Origin: an archaeon
Lineage (GTDB): Archaea > B1Sed10-29 > JAJSAI01
Reading direction: 5' to 3'
Assembly: GCA_024274695.1 (NCBI GenBank)
Contig: JAJSAI010000024.1
Span: 1 to 25,933 of the forward strand
DNA: 25,933 bases
Below the pieces are notes generated by a model that saw only the letters and a program-made list of their open reading frames with translations, searched no databases and had not been told where the DNA came from. Of this stretch, positions 7,979-15,773 are shown piece after piece; the first letter of the stretch is position 1, and each line of letters starts with the position of its first letter. The position numbers and the translations under genes are program-made.

Positions 7979-9064
7979 TCAAACATCTCTTTCTATCAGG
8001 AACCTTGCGAATGCGTGAAGCATTTCTTTCGCCTCGTTCTCAGGGATGTCGTCCTTTATCTCTTCCCAAGCGCTTGACATTATTTCTCTTGCTTTTTGCT
8101 TGGCGTACTCCACGCTCCCGTACTTTTTGATGATCTCGATCGCTTCCCTGATCTTTTCCTTGTCCTTGGTATGCTCGTCAAGAATCTCTGTGAGCCTCTT
8201 CTTGTCCTCCGGGTTTGCCACTTGCAGGGTGTGAATGACCATCAGGCTCCTCTTGCCTTCTGTTATGTCAGATCCAATGTAGTCCGCGGTGAACTGTCCT
8301 TTGCCGCTCGTGGCGGTAAGGTTAAGGATATCATCCTGGATCTGGAACGCCACCCCCACTGCTTCAGCGTACCTTCCTGCTTTTTCCACGAGCGCGTCAT
8401 CTGCTCCCGCGAGTATCGCGGCCAGCTTGGCGCTCAGTCTCGCGAGGGTTCCTGTCTTGAACGCACACATCTGCAGGTAGTTGGCCTCAGTGACGTGCTC
8501 TGAGTTCTTACTGTTCTTGTGCCAGTACAAGTCCATGGCCTGCCCAATGCTTATGTTTATCATTTCCTGGGCGTAAGTGTTATAGATCTTCAGCTTGGTC
8601 TGGTCATCCAGGTAATCCGCGTTCCTCAGGAGCACGATCAGGGGAAGGAAGTACATGGTGTTCCCAAAGTTTATGGCAATGTCTTCTCCGAAGAGAATGT
8701 GGGCTGCCGGCCTCCCTCTCCTGAGATCGCTCTTGTCCTCTATATCATCTATTACTATGGTCCCGTTGTGGATGAGTTCTGGGATCACGACAAAGTCCTT
8801 CACTTTTTCAGGATCTCCTCCAAGGGCTTCAACCAGCATCAGGAACAGGGCGGGCCTCCATCTTTTTCCTCCCCTGTCCAGGAAGTCCCACATGGGCTTT
8901 GCTATCGCCTCGTTCACTGCTTTTATGTCGTACTCGTACCTGGGTTTTCCGCACAGGAACTCAAGCTTTTCCTCATCGTACTCTCTGGGAGCATACTTTT
9001 CAAGCATCTTGTCTATTTCAGGCTTTTTTGCCTTGAGCACGTTTATTATTTCCTTTGGGTCCAT
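7979..9064 (-). CDS. Trans-polyprenyl diphosphate synthase
   Basis: GGKRWRP; FARM IDDIED...LRRG; GQAMD; KT; SARM FQIQDDILN; DITEGKRS; GAGGTG SD. Confidence 0.95.
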   Translation of the reverse strand: MDPKEIINVLKAKKPEIDKMLEKYAPREYDEEKLEFLCGKPRYEYDIKAVNEAIAKPMWDFLDRGGKRWRPALFLMLVEALGGDPEKVKDFVVIPELIHNGTIVIDDIEDKSDLRRGRPAAHILFGEDIAINFGNTMYFLPLIVLLRNADYLDDQTKLKIYNTYAQEMINISIGQAMDLYWHKNSKNSEHVTEANYLQMCAFKTGTLARLSAKLAAILAGADDALVEKAGRYAEAVGVAFQIQDDILNLTATSGKGQFTADYIGSDITEGKRSLMVIHTLQVANPEDKKRLTEILDEHTKDKEKIREAIEIIKKYGSVEYAKQKAREIMSSAWEEIKDDIPENEAKEMLHAFARFLIERDV

Positions 9065-9139
9065 CCAGTGAACACCTCTTGCTGGGTAAAAACTCTTTAC
9101 GTTGACTATAAAAACATTTCCACGGCAACCGACGTTTTT

Positions 9140-10675
9140 TCAGGCTTTTCTCCTGAGTCTCTTGCAGGCGAAGTCAGGGTCAAGGCTTGCCAGGAAAGGG
9201 CCCAGCCTGGGGCCCCTGTCAGCGCCCAGTAAAAGCCTGTAGGCTGTTCTGAAGACCTCTCTCGCGCTCGCCCCTTCCTCTTCAGCGTACTCTCTGATCT
9301 TCTCTTGTAGGAGTGTGCCGTCAGCCCCTTTTTCCACGAGGTCCGCTATCCTTTCCAGCACCCTTGCTTCTTTCTCGGGCACGCTCACGCTAGGCAGTTC
9401 CTCCAGGACCTTGAACCTGAACTGTTCCGGCGCTACCTCGTTAACCCAGTTCCACGCTCTCTCAAGCCTTTCGGCCGCAAGCTTTCTGGACTCTTCCCCC
9501 GCGTCCTTCAGGTGCCCTGTCCTGCGCGTGAGTATCTCCAGGGCCCTTTCCTTGTTCCCGAGCGCCACCTGGATTATGTTAACGCAGACCGAGAACGGGA
9601 CCCTCACAGGCTTTTCTTCAGGCAGTCTTATCACCGCGAGGGAGTACCTTCTCCTCTCGTTATCATCCCCTTCTCCTGAGAAGAACGCTTCTTCCGCCTC
9701 GTCAAAATAGTTGTACGCGTTCAAGATGTCCTGGTCCAACGGCACTTCCAGGGCCTTGTTTATCTTCATGGTGTACAAGTACCTGAGCACCGCGGGCTCA
9801 AAGTACCTGAGGAGCTGCGAGACAGAAACCACGTTCCCAGCGCTGGAACTCATCTTCCCTTTCGCGCCCTTCAGGTAAATGAACTCGTACACTGGGCTTA
9901 TGGGGGGCTCGTGCCCGAAGATCTCTCTTGCTATGAGCACTCCTGTATCCCAGCTCCCCCCTGCAGCGTGGTGGTCTTTTCCCGCTGACTCAAAGTCAAC
10001 ATCATAGTGCGTCCACCTCATGGGCCAGTCAACACGCCACTTCAGCTTTACTATCCCCTTTTTCCTGAAGTCAAACTCTTCCGAGTGCCCGCAAGCGCAC
10101 GAGTACCTTATTCTGTACTCTCCGAGGTACTCTTGTTCCTGCACCTCTTTCCCGCACCTGCTGCAGTACACTACTGTGGGCATCCAGTCCGGAGGGTGGG
10201 GTTCTGACCTGAACCTGTTCAGGATATCCCTTATCCTGTTTCTGTTCTTGAGCGCGGTCTTCACCTCCTCAGCGAACCTGCACTCCACGTACTCCTCGGT
10301 CATGCGGACAACGCTTGCCACTATCCCCATTCTCTCAAGCTCTTCCAGCAAGGGCTCCTCGTAGTGCTCTGCGTAAGACTCGTGGCACCCGTGAGGATCT
10401 GGCACGCGGGACAACGGCATTCCAATGTATTCCCCGTACTCTTTCGGGACGCCCTTCGGGACCTTCCTGAACCTGTCGTAGTCGTCGAACACGAACTGGT
10501 GGACCGCGTTCACCCCTTTTTCTATGAGCGCCCGGTACACCAGGTCCTGGGTCATTATCTCTCTGAAGTTCCCCGCGTGCACGATCCCAGAAGGACTTAT
10601 CCCGGACTCCACAAGGTACTTCTCTTTTTCTTTCCTCCGGATGACCTGTTCAGCGTACTTGTCAGCCCAGTGCAT
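9140..10675 (-). CDS. lysS: Class I lysyl-tRNA synthetase
   Basis: MHWAD; SGISPSGIVHAGNFRE; KLKWRVDWPMRW; GKDH; KMSSS; GPRLGPF. Alternative GTG start at 10684. Confidence 0.97.
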   Translation of the reverse strand: MHWADKYAEQVIRRKEKEKYLVESGISPSGIVHAGNFREIMTQDLVYRALIEKGVNAVHQFVFDDYDRFRKVPKGVPKEYGEYIGMPLSRVPDPHGCHESYAEHYEEPLLEELERMGIVASVVRMTEEYVECRFAEEVKTALKNRNRIRDILNRFRSEPHPPDWMPTVVYCSRCGKEVQEQEYLGEYRIRYSCACGHSEEFDFRKKGIVKLKWRVDWPMRWTHYDVDFESAGKDHHAAGGSWDTGVLIAREIFGHEPPISPVYEFIYLKGAKGKMSSSAGNVVSVSQLLRYFEPAVLRYLYTMKINKALEVPLDQDILNAYNYFDEAEEAFFSGEGDDNERRRYSLAVIRLPEEKPVRVPFSVCVNIIQVALGNKERALEILTRRTGHLKDAGEESRKLAAERLERAWNWVNEVAPEQFRFKVLEELPSVSVPEKEARVLERIADLVEKGADGTLLQEKIREYAEEEGASAREVFRTAYRLLLGADRGPRLGPFLASLDPDFACKRLRRKA

Positions 10676-10680
10676 AAGAA

Positions 10681-11073
10681 TCACTTTCTCCTTTTTTCTG
10701 ACTTTTCAAGCTCTGCCTCAAGCTGCCCGAGCTTTTTGTCCAGCTCGAAGTTCAAGAGCACCAGCGCGTCGTTCCTTTTGACCTCCCGCAGGCTCGGGTT
10801 CACTGCAATGCTCTTCATCTGATTGTACAAGGACTTTATTTCTTCAAGCAGCTTCTCTTCTTGAGGGGTCATGCCTCCCCTGAACTTTATTCTTTCCACT
10901 GCCGCGTGAATCCTGTCCAGGTTCTCGTTGATCGCCTCCTGCAAGGGCTCCTCGTGAATCCTGCGGTATGCTCTGTCCACTGCCTGCGATTCAGAGGCCG
11001 CTCTTGCTCTCCTCCTGGAGACCTCAAGATCTTTTTTCAGGATCCTAAGCTTCCTTTTGGGCATGGTAACCAT
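10681..11073 (-). CDS. Hypothetical charged helical protein
   Basis: 130-aa K/E/R-rich ORF abutting the lysS start; TATA-like TTTTTTAA about 15-20 nt upstream. Confidence 0.7.
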   Translation of the reverse strand: MVTMPKRKLRILKKDLEVSRRRARAASESQAVDRAYRRIHEEPLQEAINENLDRIHAAVERIKFRGGMTPQEEKLLEEIKSLYNQMKSIAVNPSLREVKRNDALVLLNFELDKKLGQLEAELEKSEKRRK

Positions 11074-11095
11074 TACTCAGAACAAGTTAAAAAAC

Positions 11096-11118
11096 TGGCG
11101 GGCCCAGGGGGATCCGAA
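11096..11118 (-). repeat. Duplicated 3' end of tRNA-Lys (att-like), ending in CCA
   Basis: 11098-11118 matches 11321-11341 at 20/21 positions; minus strand reads TTCGGATCCCCCTGGGCCCGCCA then GTTTTTT. Confidence 0.9.
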
Positions 11119-11320
11119 AGGGGAGACACCTGCGGTTTCTCCCTCTACCCTCTTCCCTTTTTGGTTGGAATGAGAAATTGAAGGGAATAGGATAATCGGG
11201 GAATACCAAAAGGGCGTTGCCCTTTTGGATCATCTAGGAACCTTTGGTTCCTGGTATGGAACAGTAGATGCCCCTTACCGGTTCGGATGGGTTGATAAGG
11301 GCGGGGAAGGCGCCCTTATA
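11119..11320. mobile_element. ~200-bp non-coding hairpin-rich insert at the tRNA-Lys 3' end (mini integrated element or remnant)
   Basis: Bounded by the 21-bp direct repeat; at least five inverted repeats; shares modules with 25789-25933; no integrase in the window. Confidence 0.55.
11203..11257. repeat. 55-bp double-hairpin repeat, copy 1
   Basis: ATA-CCAAAAGGGC-GTT-GCCCTTTTGG-ATCAT-CTAGGAACC-TTT-GGTTCCTGG-TAT; homologous to 25859-25913. Confidence 0.9.
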
Positions 11321-11321
11321 G

Positions 11322-11396
11322 CGGGCCCAGGGGGATTCGAACCCCCGACACCCAGGTTAAGAGCCTGGTGCTCTAGCCAGACTGAGCTATGGGCCC
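11322..11396 (-). tRNA. tRNA-Lys (anticodon CTT), CCA not encoded
   Basis: GGGCCCA/TGGGCCC acceptor; CCAGG-CTCTTAA-CCTGG anticodon arm; GGGGG-TTCGAAT-CCCCC T arm. Confidence 0.97.
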
Positions 11397-11461
11397 AGTA
11401 GGACTCCGCGCATACTTTTTATTCCAGCTTGTTTTAAAAAGGTTGCTGGAAGTGGCTGCCT

Positions 11462-11983
11462 ATGGCAAGGGTTACCGTCCTGCGGCTGGGGCACAGGCGG
11501 GAGAGGGACAAGAGGATATCCACGCACGTGGGCCTTGTCGCGAGAGCGTTCGGGGCCAGCGAGATAGTGTACTCAGGAGAAGAGGACGCAAGGCTTTTGG
11601 AGAGCGTGAACAGTGTTGCCCTGGAGTGGGGCGGGCCGTTCAAAGCCGCGTACCAGAAGGAATGGAAGAGGTTTATGAAAAACTTTCAGGGGATAAAGGT
11701 TCACTTGACAATGTACGGGATTCCTTTCCAGGAGAAACTTCCTGAGATAAGGTCTGCGGGGAAGGACGTGCTCGTGGTGGTCGGAGGAGAGAAAGTGCCT
11801 CCCGAGGCGTACCATCTCGCGGACTACAATCTCGCGGTCACGAGCCAGCCGCATTCTGAAGTCGCTGCCCTCGCGGTCTTCTTGTACGAGTACCACGAGC
11901 ACAGGGAGCCTGTTTTCAAGAGCCCACGCAAGATGATAGTCCCTCAGGAGAGGGGAAAGAAGGTTATTGAGAAAAACGGTTAA
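11462..11983 (+). CDS. trm56: tRNA (cytidine(56)-2'-O)-methyltransferase, SPOUT
   Basis: VLRLGHRRERDKRISTHVGLVARAFGA; VHLTMYG; VVGGEKVP; QPHSEVAALAVFL. TATA TTTTAAAA about 23 nt upstream. Confidence 0.96.
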   Translation: MARVTVLRLGHRRERDKRISTHVGLVARAFGASEIVYSGEEDARLLESVNSVALEWGGPFKAAYQKEWKRFMKNFQGIKVHLTMYGIPFQEKLPEIRSAGKDVLVVVGGEKVPPEAYHLADYNLAVTSQPHSEVAALAVFLYEYHEHREPVFKSPRKMIVPQERGKKVIEKNG

Positions 11984-12006
11984 ATACCTGTTGATCGGAA
12001 AAGAGT

Positions 12007-12570
12007 ATGATGCCCAAGCTCAACCTGAACGATCCCCTGGTAAAGGAGTTCATTTCTACTCACGCCGGAGAACAAGGTTACCTGGTTCTCAAGGCCATTG
12101 GAAAGGGCAAGACAGACGAGCAGATCTCCAGAAAGCTCAAGATCCGGGTGAACGACGTCAGGTCAATTCTCAACACTCTGCACTACATGGGCGTGATAAC
12201 CTACACCAAGGTCAGGGACAGGCCGAACTGGTACACGTACACCTGGTTCCTCCGGGAGGAAAGGATAATAGAACTCCTGCGCGAAAGGTACGAGGAGGAA
12301 CTGAAAAAACTGGAGGAAAAGCTTGCTTTTGAGAACACGTACACCTTCTTCAGGTGCGGTAACAAGTGCGAGAAACTTCCTTTCGAGCTCGCGTTCGAGT
12401 ACGATTTCAAGTGTCCTGAGTGTGGGTCTCCCCTGAAAGAGTATGATAACACTCCTGACAAGAGGAAGATAAGAAGGAAAATGAACATGATAAGCAACCT
12501 TCTTTCAAGCATTCAGGACAACGGTTTCGGGAAGAGAAAGTCTGCGGGAAAGAAAAAGAAAGCGCGCTAG
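12007..12570 (+). CDS. tfe: Transcription factor E (TFE alpha)
   Basis: wHTH TDEQIS...VNDVRSILNTL, WYTYTW, Zn ribbon FRCGNKC...FKCPECG; trm56-tfe adjacency is common in archaea. Confidence 0.93.
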   Translation: MMPKLNLNDPLVKEFISTHAGEQGYLVLKAIGKGKTDEQISRKLKIRVNDVRSILNTLHYMGVITYTKVRDRPNWYTYTWFLREERIIELLRERYEEELKKLEEKLAFENTYTFFRCGNKCEKLPFELAFEYDFKCPECGSPLKEYDNTPDKRKIRRKMNMISNLLSSIQDNGFGKRKSAGKKKKAR

Positions 12571-13241
12571 AGGATTTCCCTTATCCTGTGCACTTTTATT
12601 CCTTTCTTTGTTATCTCAAGCGGGTGCACGCTGGTGTCGTGCAGCACGCCCCTCATTTTCCTCACGCTTATTCCCCTTATCACCGTTGAGTCCTTCTGGA
12701 TGAAGTGAAGTAATATCACCCCGTCCAGCACGAACTCCTCAACCCCGAAAGAAGAAATGTTAGGACTGTTGTCAGGAATTTCGGATATCAGCAGGCCCGT
12801 CACTCCCGCGTTCCTGAGAACGTGCCTGAGCTCTATGAGGCTTTTCCTGAAATTGTACTTTGACTCAAAGAACTGGCCCAGCACGCTCAAAGAATCCAGG
12901 ACAAGCCTGCCAGCTCCCAGCTTGTCAATGTTGTCCTCCAGGTCTGACAGGAACGCCTCGAACCTGTACAACTCGCTCTTGATTATGTTGAACTGTCCGG
13001 AGTTCACCCTGTCCTCAAGCTTCCAGTTGAAGACCGACAGGGTGTCAAGCAGGTCTCTCTTGTCAAGCTCGAACGTGTAGTAGATTCCAGGGTCTCTTGA
13101 GCGGTACAAGAACTCTGACGCCAGGAGCACTTTTCCCGCTCCGCAGGGGCCTGACAAGAGTATGCCTGCTCCCTTGGGCATGCCCTCAGGGAGCACTGCA
13201 TCCATCCCCTGTATCCCCGGGTCTATTCTTCCGACAGCCAT
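12567..13241 (-). CDS. Single-domain KaiC/RecA-superfamily ATPase (ArlH/GvpD-like)
   Basis: GMPKG..LLSGPCGAGKV; LVLDSLS; EEFVLDGVILL; VRKMRG. Confidence 0.9.
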   Translation of the reverse strand: MAVGRIDPGIQGMDAVLPEGMPKGAGILLSGPCGAGKVLLASEFLYRSRDPGIYYTFELDKRDLLDTLSVFNWKLEDRVNSGQFNIIKSELYRFEAFLSDLEDNIDKLGAGRLVLDSLSVLGQFFESKYNFRKSLIELRHVLRNAGVTGLLISEIPDNSPNISSFGVEEFVLDGVILLHFIQKDSTVIRGISVRKMRGVLHDTSVHPLEITKKGIKVHRIREIL

Positions 13242-13263
13242 CCTCTAAAGAGAAAGAACCGAG

Positions 13264-13280
13264 AGTATTATAACCTTTCG
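13264..13280 (-). promoter_or_regulatory. BRE/TATA promoter of the KaiC-like gene
   Basis: Minus strand CGAAAGG-TTATAATACT about 25 nt before ATG 13241. Confidence 0.6.
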
Positions 13281-13289
13281 GGTGGCGGG

Positions 13290-13327
13290 AAAAAACAAAA
13301 AGAGGATGAGAGGACTCTTTCCCCTCA
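13290..13327 (-). terminator. Hairpin plus T-tract terminator after the major pilin
   Basis: TGAGGGGA-AAGAG-TCCTCTCA followed by TCCTCTTTTTGTTTTTT. Confidence 0.6.
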
Positions 13328-13339
13328 CGGAAAAGGTTT

Positions 13340-13783
13340 TCAGCTGCACTGTCCGCTTATCTTTCCTGTTTCTACTTTTGTGAGTCCTGAAACAGTTGTC
13401 GTGTACGTTATGTTGAGCTCTGCTGTGAACGCGGTCGCTCCGGTGGGGCAGATGTTGGAGTCAGACAGTGTTACCGTCGCATCGCTTCCCACGCCGAGGT
13501 TGGTTACTACCTCGCTTGCTGTTGATGCTGTGCCGTCTATTGTCACCAGGCTCACGTTAATGTTCCTTAGGGGCTCTCCTGCAACGTTCTGCAGGTACAC
13601 TGACAGGCTCCCTGATGTTGCAGAGTAGTCACTCACTGCTATTCCTCCGCTGAACCCGCTGATTCCTCCTGTCGTGGTCCCGAACACTCCTGACTGCCAC
13701 AGGACAATCCCGACGATTATCACGATCAGGATTGCCCACCCGTAGGTCATCAGGTATTCCATTGCTCCTTGTCCTTTCCTCAT
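13340..13783 (-). CDS. Major type IV pilin (Q+1/E+5 class III signal)
   Basis: MRKG/QGAMEYLMTYGWAILIVIIV; own promoter, SD and terminator. Confidence 0.9.
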   Translation of the reverse strand: MRKGQGAMEYLMTYGWAILIVIIVGIVLWQSGVFGTTTGGISGFSGGIAVSDYSATSGSLSVYLQNVAGEPLRNINVSLVTIDGTASTASEVVTNLGVGSDATVTLSDSNICPTGATAFTAELNITYTTTVSGLTKVETGKISGQCS

Positions 13784-13830
13784 GCTATCACCTTAAACAT
13801 GTTTTGTTTGGATGAAGAAGGAAAACCTGG

Positions 13831-13846
13831 TTTTTAAAGCTTTTTG
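13831..13846 (-). promoter_or_regulatory. BRE/TATA promoter of the major pilin
   Basis: Minus strand CAAAAAG-CTTTAAAAA; SD AGGTGA at 13788-13793. Confidence 0.6.
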
Positions 13847-14881
13847 TCAGGCGAAAAAGGATTTTAGCACGTTGCTGATGCCAGCTTCCGCGATCGTGTA
13901 CACTAGCAGGGTCACGAAAACGAATACCGGAACGTCCGCGAGCCCTGCTTTCTCTTCTCCTTCTCTCAGGACTCCTAGGAGGATGGCGCCGAAGACAGCG
14001 GCTATCGTGAGTATCAGGTACGCGAAGAGCTTTAGGAAGCCGATGTCCACTGCAGGAGCCTGCAGCAGTGTTGGCGCGGTTCCCTTCAGGCCCGCGGGCG
14101 CGGTTATGGCCAGCCCTTGGCTTATCTGCCCAGCGCCTATTTCTGTCCTGATCCCGGTTGTTATGCTCACGAAGTTCACGCTCACCGCGAACAGGACAGG
14201 GGCTGCTATGAGCACGGCCATTATCACGAATACCACGTACATCCCGACGTTAGACCTTATTTCCTCTTCTATCACTTCTCCCATGCGCAGGTCGTGTGCA
14301 GTCTGGTTCAACAGCCCTGAAAGCTCTCCCCCTGACTTCATCCCCTCTGTTAGCAGGCCTATGACCCGTTTCACTCTCTTGGACCTGACCCTGGAAGCGA
14401 ACTTTTCAAGAGTGTCCTCAACAGGTTCTCCTGTTATCGCCTCTTCTCCCATTCTCTTTATCTCATCGCTGAGCACGCCGAACTCGGGTCTTGCTGACAG
14501 GAACAGGGCCTTGTCAGGAGTCATTCCCGCGGTAAGGTTCGCTGCGATAAGCTGGAGGGCGTCAGGCAGGTGCTCTTCTATCTGCTTGGTCCTCTGTTCT
14601 ACCGCGAAGTCAAGCAGGAAAAAGAAGACCCCGTACGCTGTCGCCGAGAATATCAGGAAGAATATTGCTTCCGCGAGCACGGGAACCTTCAGCATTATCC
14701 CGAGCAGGAGGGTGAGCACGAGCCCGATGCCCATGGAGTATGATAACGCAAACCCTGTCCACACTTCAGGGTCCATTTTAAGCCCGGCGTAGGACAGCAT
14801 TTCACCTATTTTTTTAACATGATTTTCCGGGACCAGCCGGGCGAAGGTCATGTAAATTCTTTCCATGGTGTTCATTTTCAA
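13847..14881 (-). CDS. T2SSF family (TadC-like) pilus membrane platform protein
   Basis: IEEHLPDALQLIAANLTAGMTPDKAL...PEFGVLSDEI; MKSGGELSGLL; multiple TMs. Confidence 0.92.
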   Translation of the reverse strand: MKMNTMERIYMTFARLVPENHVKKIGEMLSYAGLKMDPEVWTGFALSYSMGIGLVLTLLLGIMLKVPVLAEAIFFLIFSATAYGVFFFLLDFAVEQRTKQIEEHLPDALQLIAANLTAGMTPDKALFLSARPEFGVLSDEIKRMGEEAITGEPVEDTLEKFASRVRSKRVKRVIGLLTEGMKSGGELSGLLNQTAHDLRMGEVIEEEIRSNVGMYVVFVIMAVLIAAPVLFAVSVNFVSITTGIRTEIGAGQISQGLAITAPAGLKGTAPTLLQAPAVDIGFLKLFAYLILTIAAVFGAILLGVLREGEEKAGLADVPVFVFVTLLVYTIAEAGISNVLKSFFA

Positions 14882-14891
14882 GCATCCTCCT

Positions 14892-15773
14892 TCAGAAGTT
14901 CACCACCGGCCTCTTGTTCTTTATGAATTTTATGAAGAACACCTGGAACACCACGAACAGCACTATTGCTGCGGTGAGGGTGAAATTGCTGATCTTTATG
15001 GCCGCGAAGGACCCGAGCACCAGGAAAAGGGATATGCCCATGGTCGGGAAGACTACCGTGAGCAGCATGTACATCAGCGTCCACGGGCTGAGTTCTTTCC
15101 CGAACTTCCTGAGCCGGGTTATCTCGTCCGCGGTGAACTCCTGCACTAGCTCCTCCAGGGTCTCTCCAATGTCTGCTCCTGTTTTCACGGCGTTGTTAAT
15201 CTGCCATATCGCCCTGCGCAGGTAGGTTGAAGGGTTCCTCATGGCCATGTGCTCCAGCGCTTCAGACTGGCTCACTCCCGCGTTTATCTCGGCAGCGGTT
15301 ATCCTGAACTCCTTTGATATCACCCCGTACTCCGCCTCGCTTATTGACACGAAGGATGTATACAATGGGATCCCTGACTTGACTTGTATCAGCATGTGCC
15401 TGAGCGCGAACAGCAGGTCCCTGTTTATCTCTCCCACCTTCCTCCTAAGGAGCAGGGAGGGGTAAGAGAGTGTCTGCCAGCCTATGAACCCGGCGAACAA
15501 TAGCGCGAGACAGTAACTGGTCCAGTCCATCGGAGATCTTATGGACAGCGAGATAAGGTATAGCACCAGGAGCATTAGCACGAAAGAGTACGCCGTGCTG
15601 AGTATTGTTACGCTCATGTACTCTTCTGGCTCTACCCCCGCGTCTATCTGCACTAGCTCTGCTTTGAGCGATGGCTTGAGCCCAACCAGTTTCCTGCCGA
15701 TGCCCTGGAGGGGTCTTGACAGCCTAACGGCAGTCTTCATGCTCATCGGCAGCAGGGGGACTCTCTTTATCAT
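14892..15773 (-). CDS. T2SSF family (TadB-like) pilus membrane platform protein
   Basis: INRDLLFALRHMLIQVKSGIPL...YGVISKEF; KTGADIGETL; TMs. Confidence 0.92.
   Translation of the reverse strand: MIKRVPLLPMSMKTAVRLSRPLQGIGRKLVGLKPSLKAELVQIDAGVEPEEYMSVTILSTAYSFVLMLLVLYLISLSIRSPMDWTSYCLALLFAGFIGWQTLSYPSLLLRRKVGEINRDLLFALRHMLIQVKSGIPLYTSFVSISEAEYGVISKEFRITAAEINAGVSQSEALEHMAMRNPSTYLRRAIWQINNAVKTGADIGETLEELVQEFTADEITRLRKFGKELSPWTLMYMLLTVVFPTMGISLFLVLGSFAAIKISNFTLTAAIVLFVVFQVFFIKFIKNKRPVVNF

Noticed and set aside
11096-11341. CRISPR array or split-tRNA half
   Set aside because: No regularly spaced repeats with spacers. The 3' fragment lacks the 5' T-stem strand and a complementary leader, and a complete tRNA is adjacent.
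12567-12570. Convergent tfe and KaiC-like stops sharing CTAG
   Set aside because: An ordinary 4-bp convergent overlap in a compact genome.
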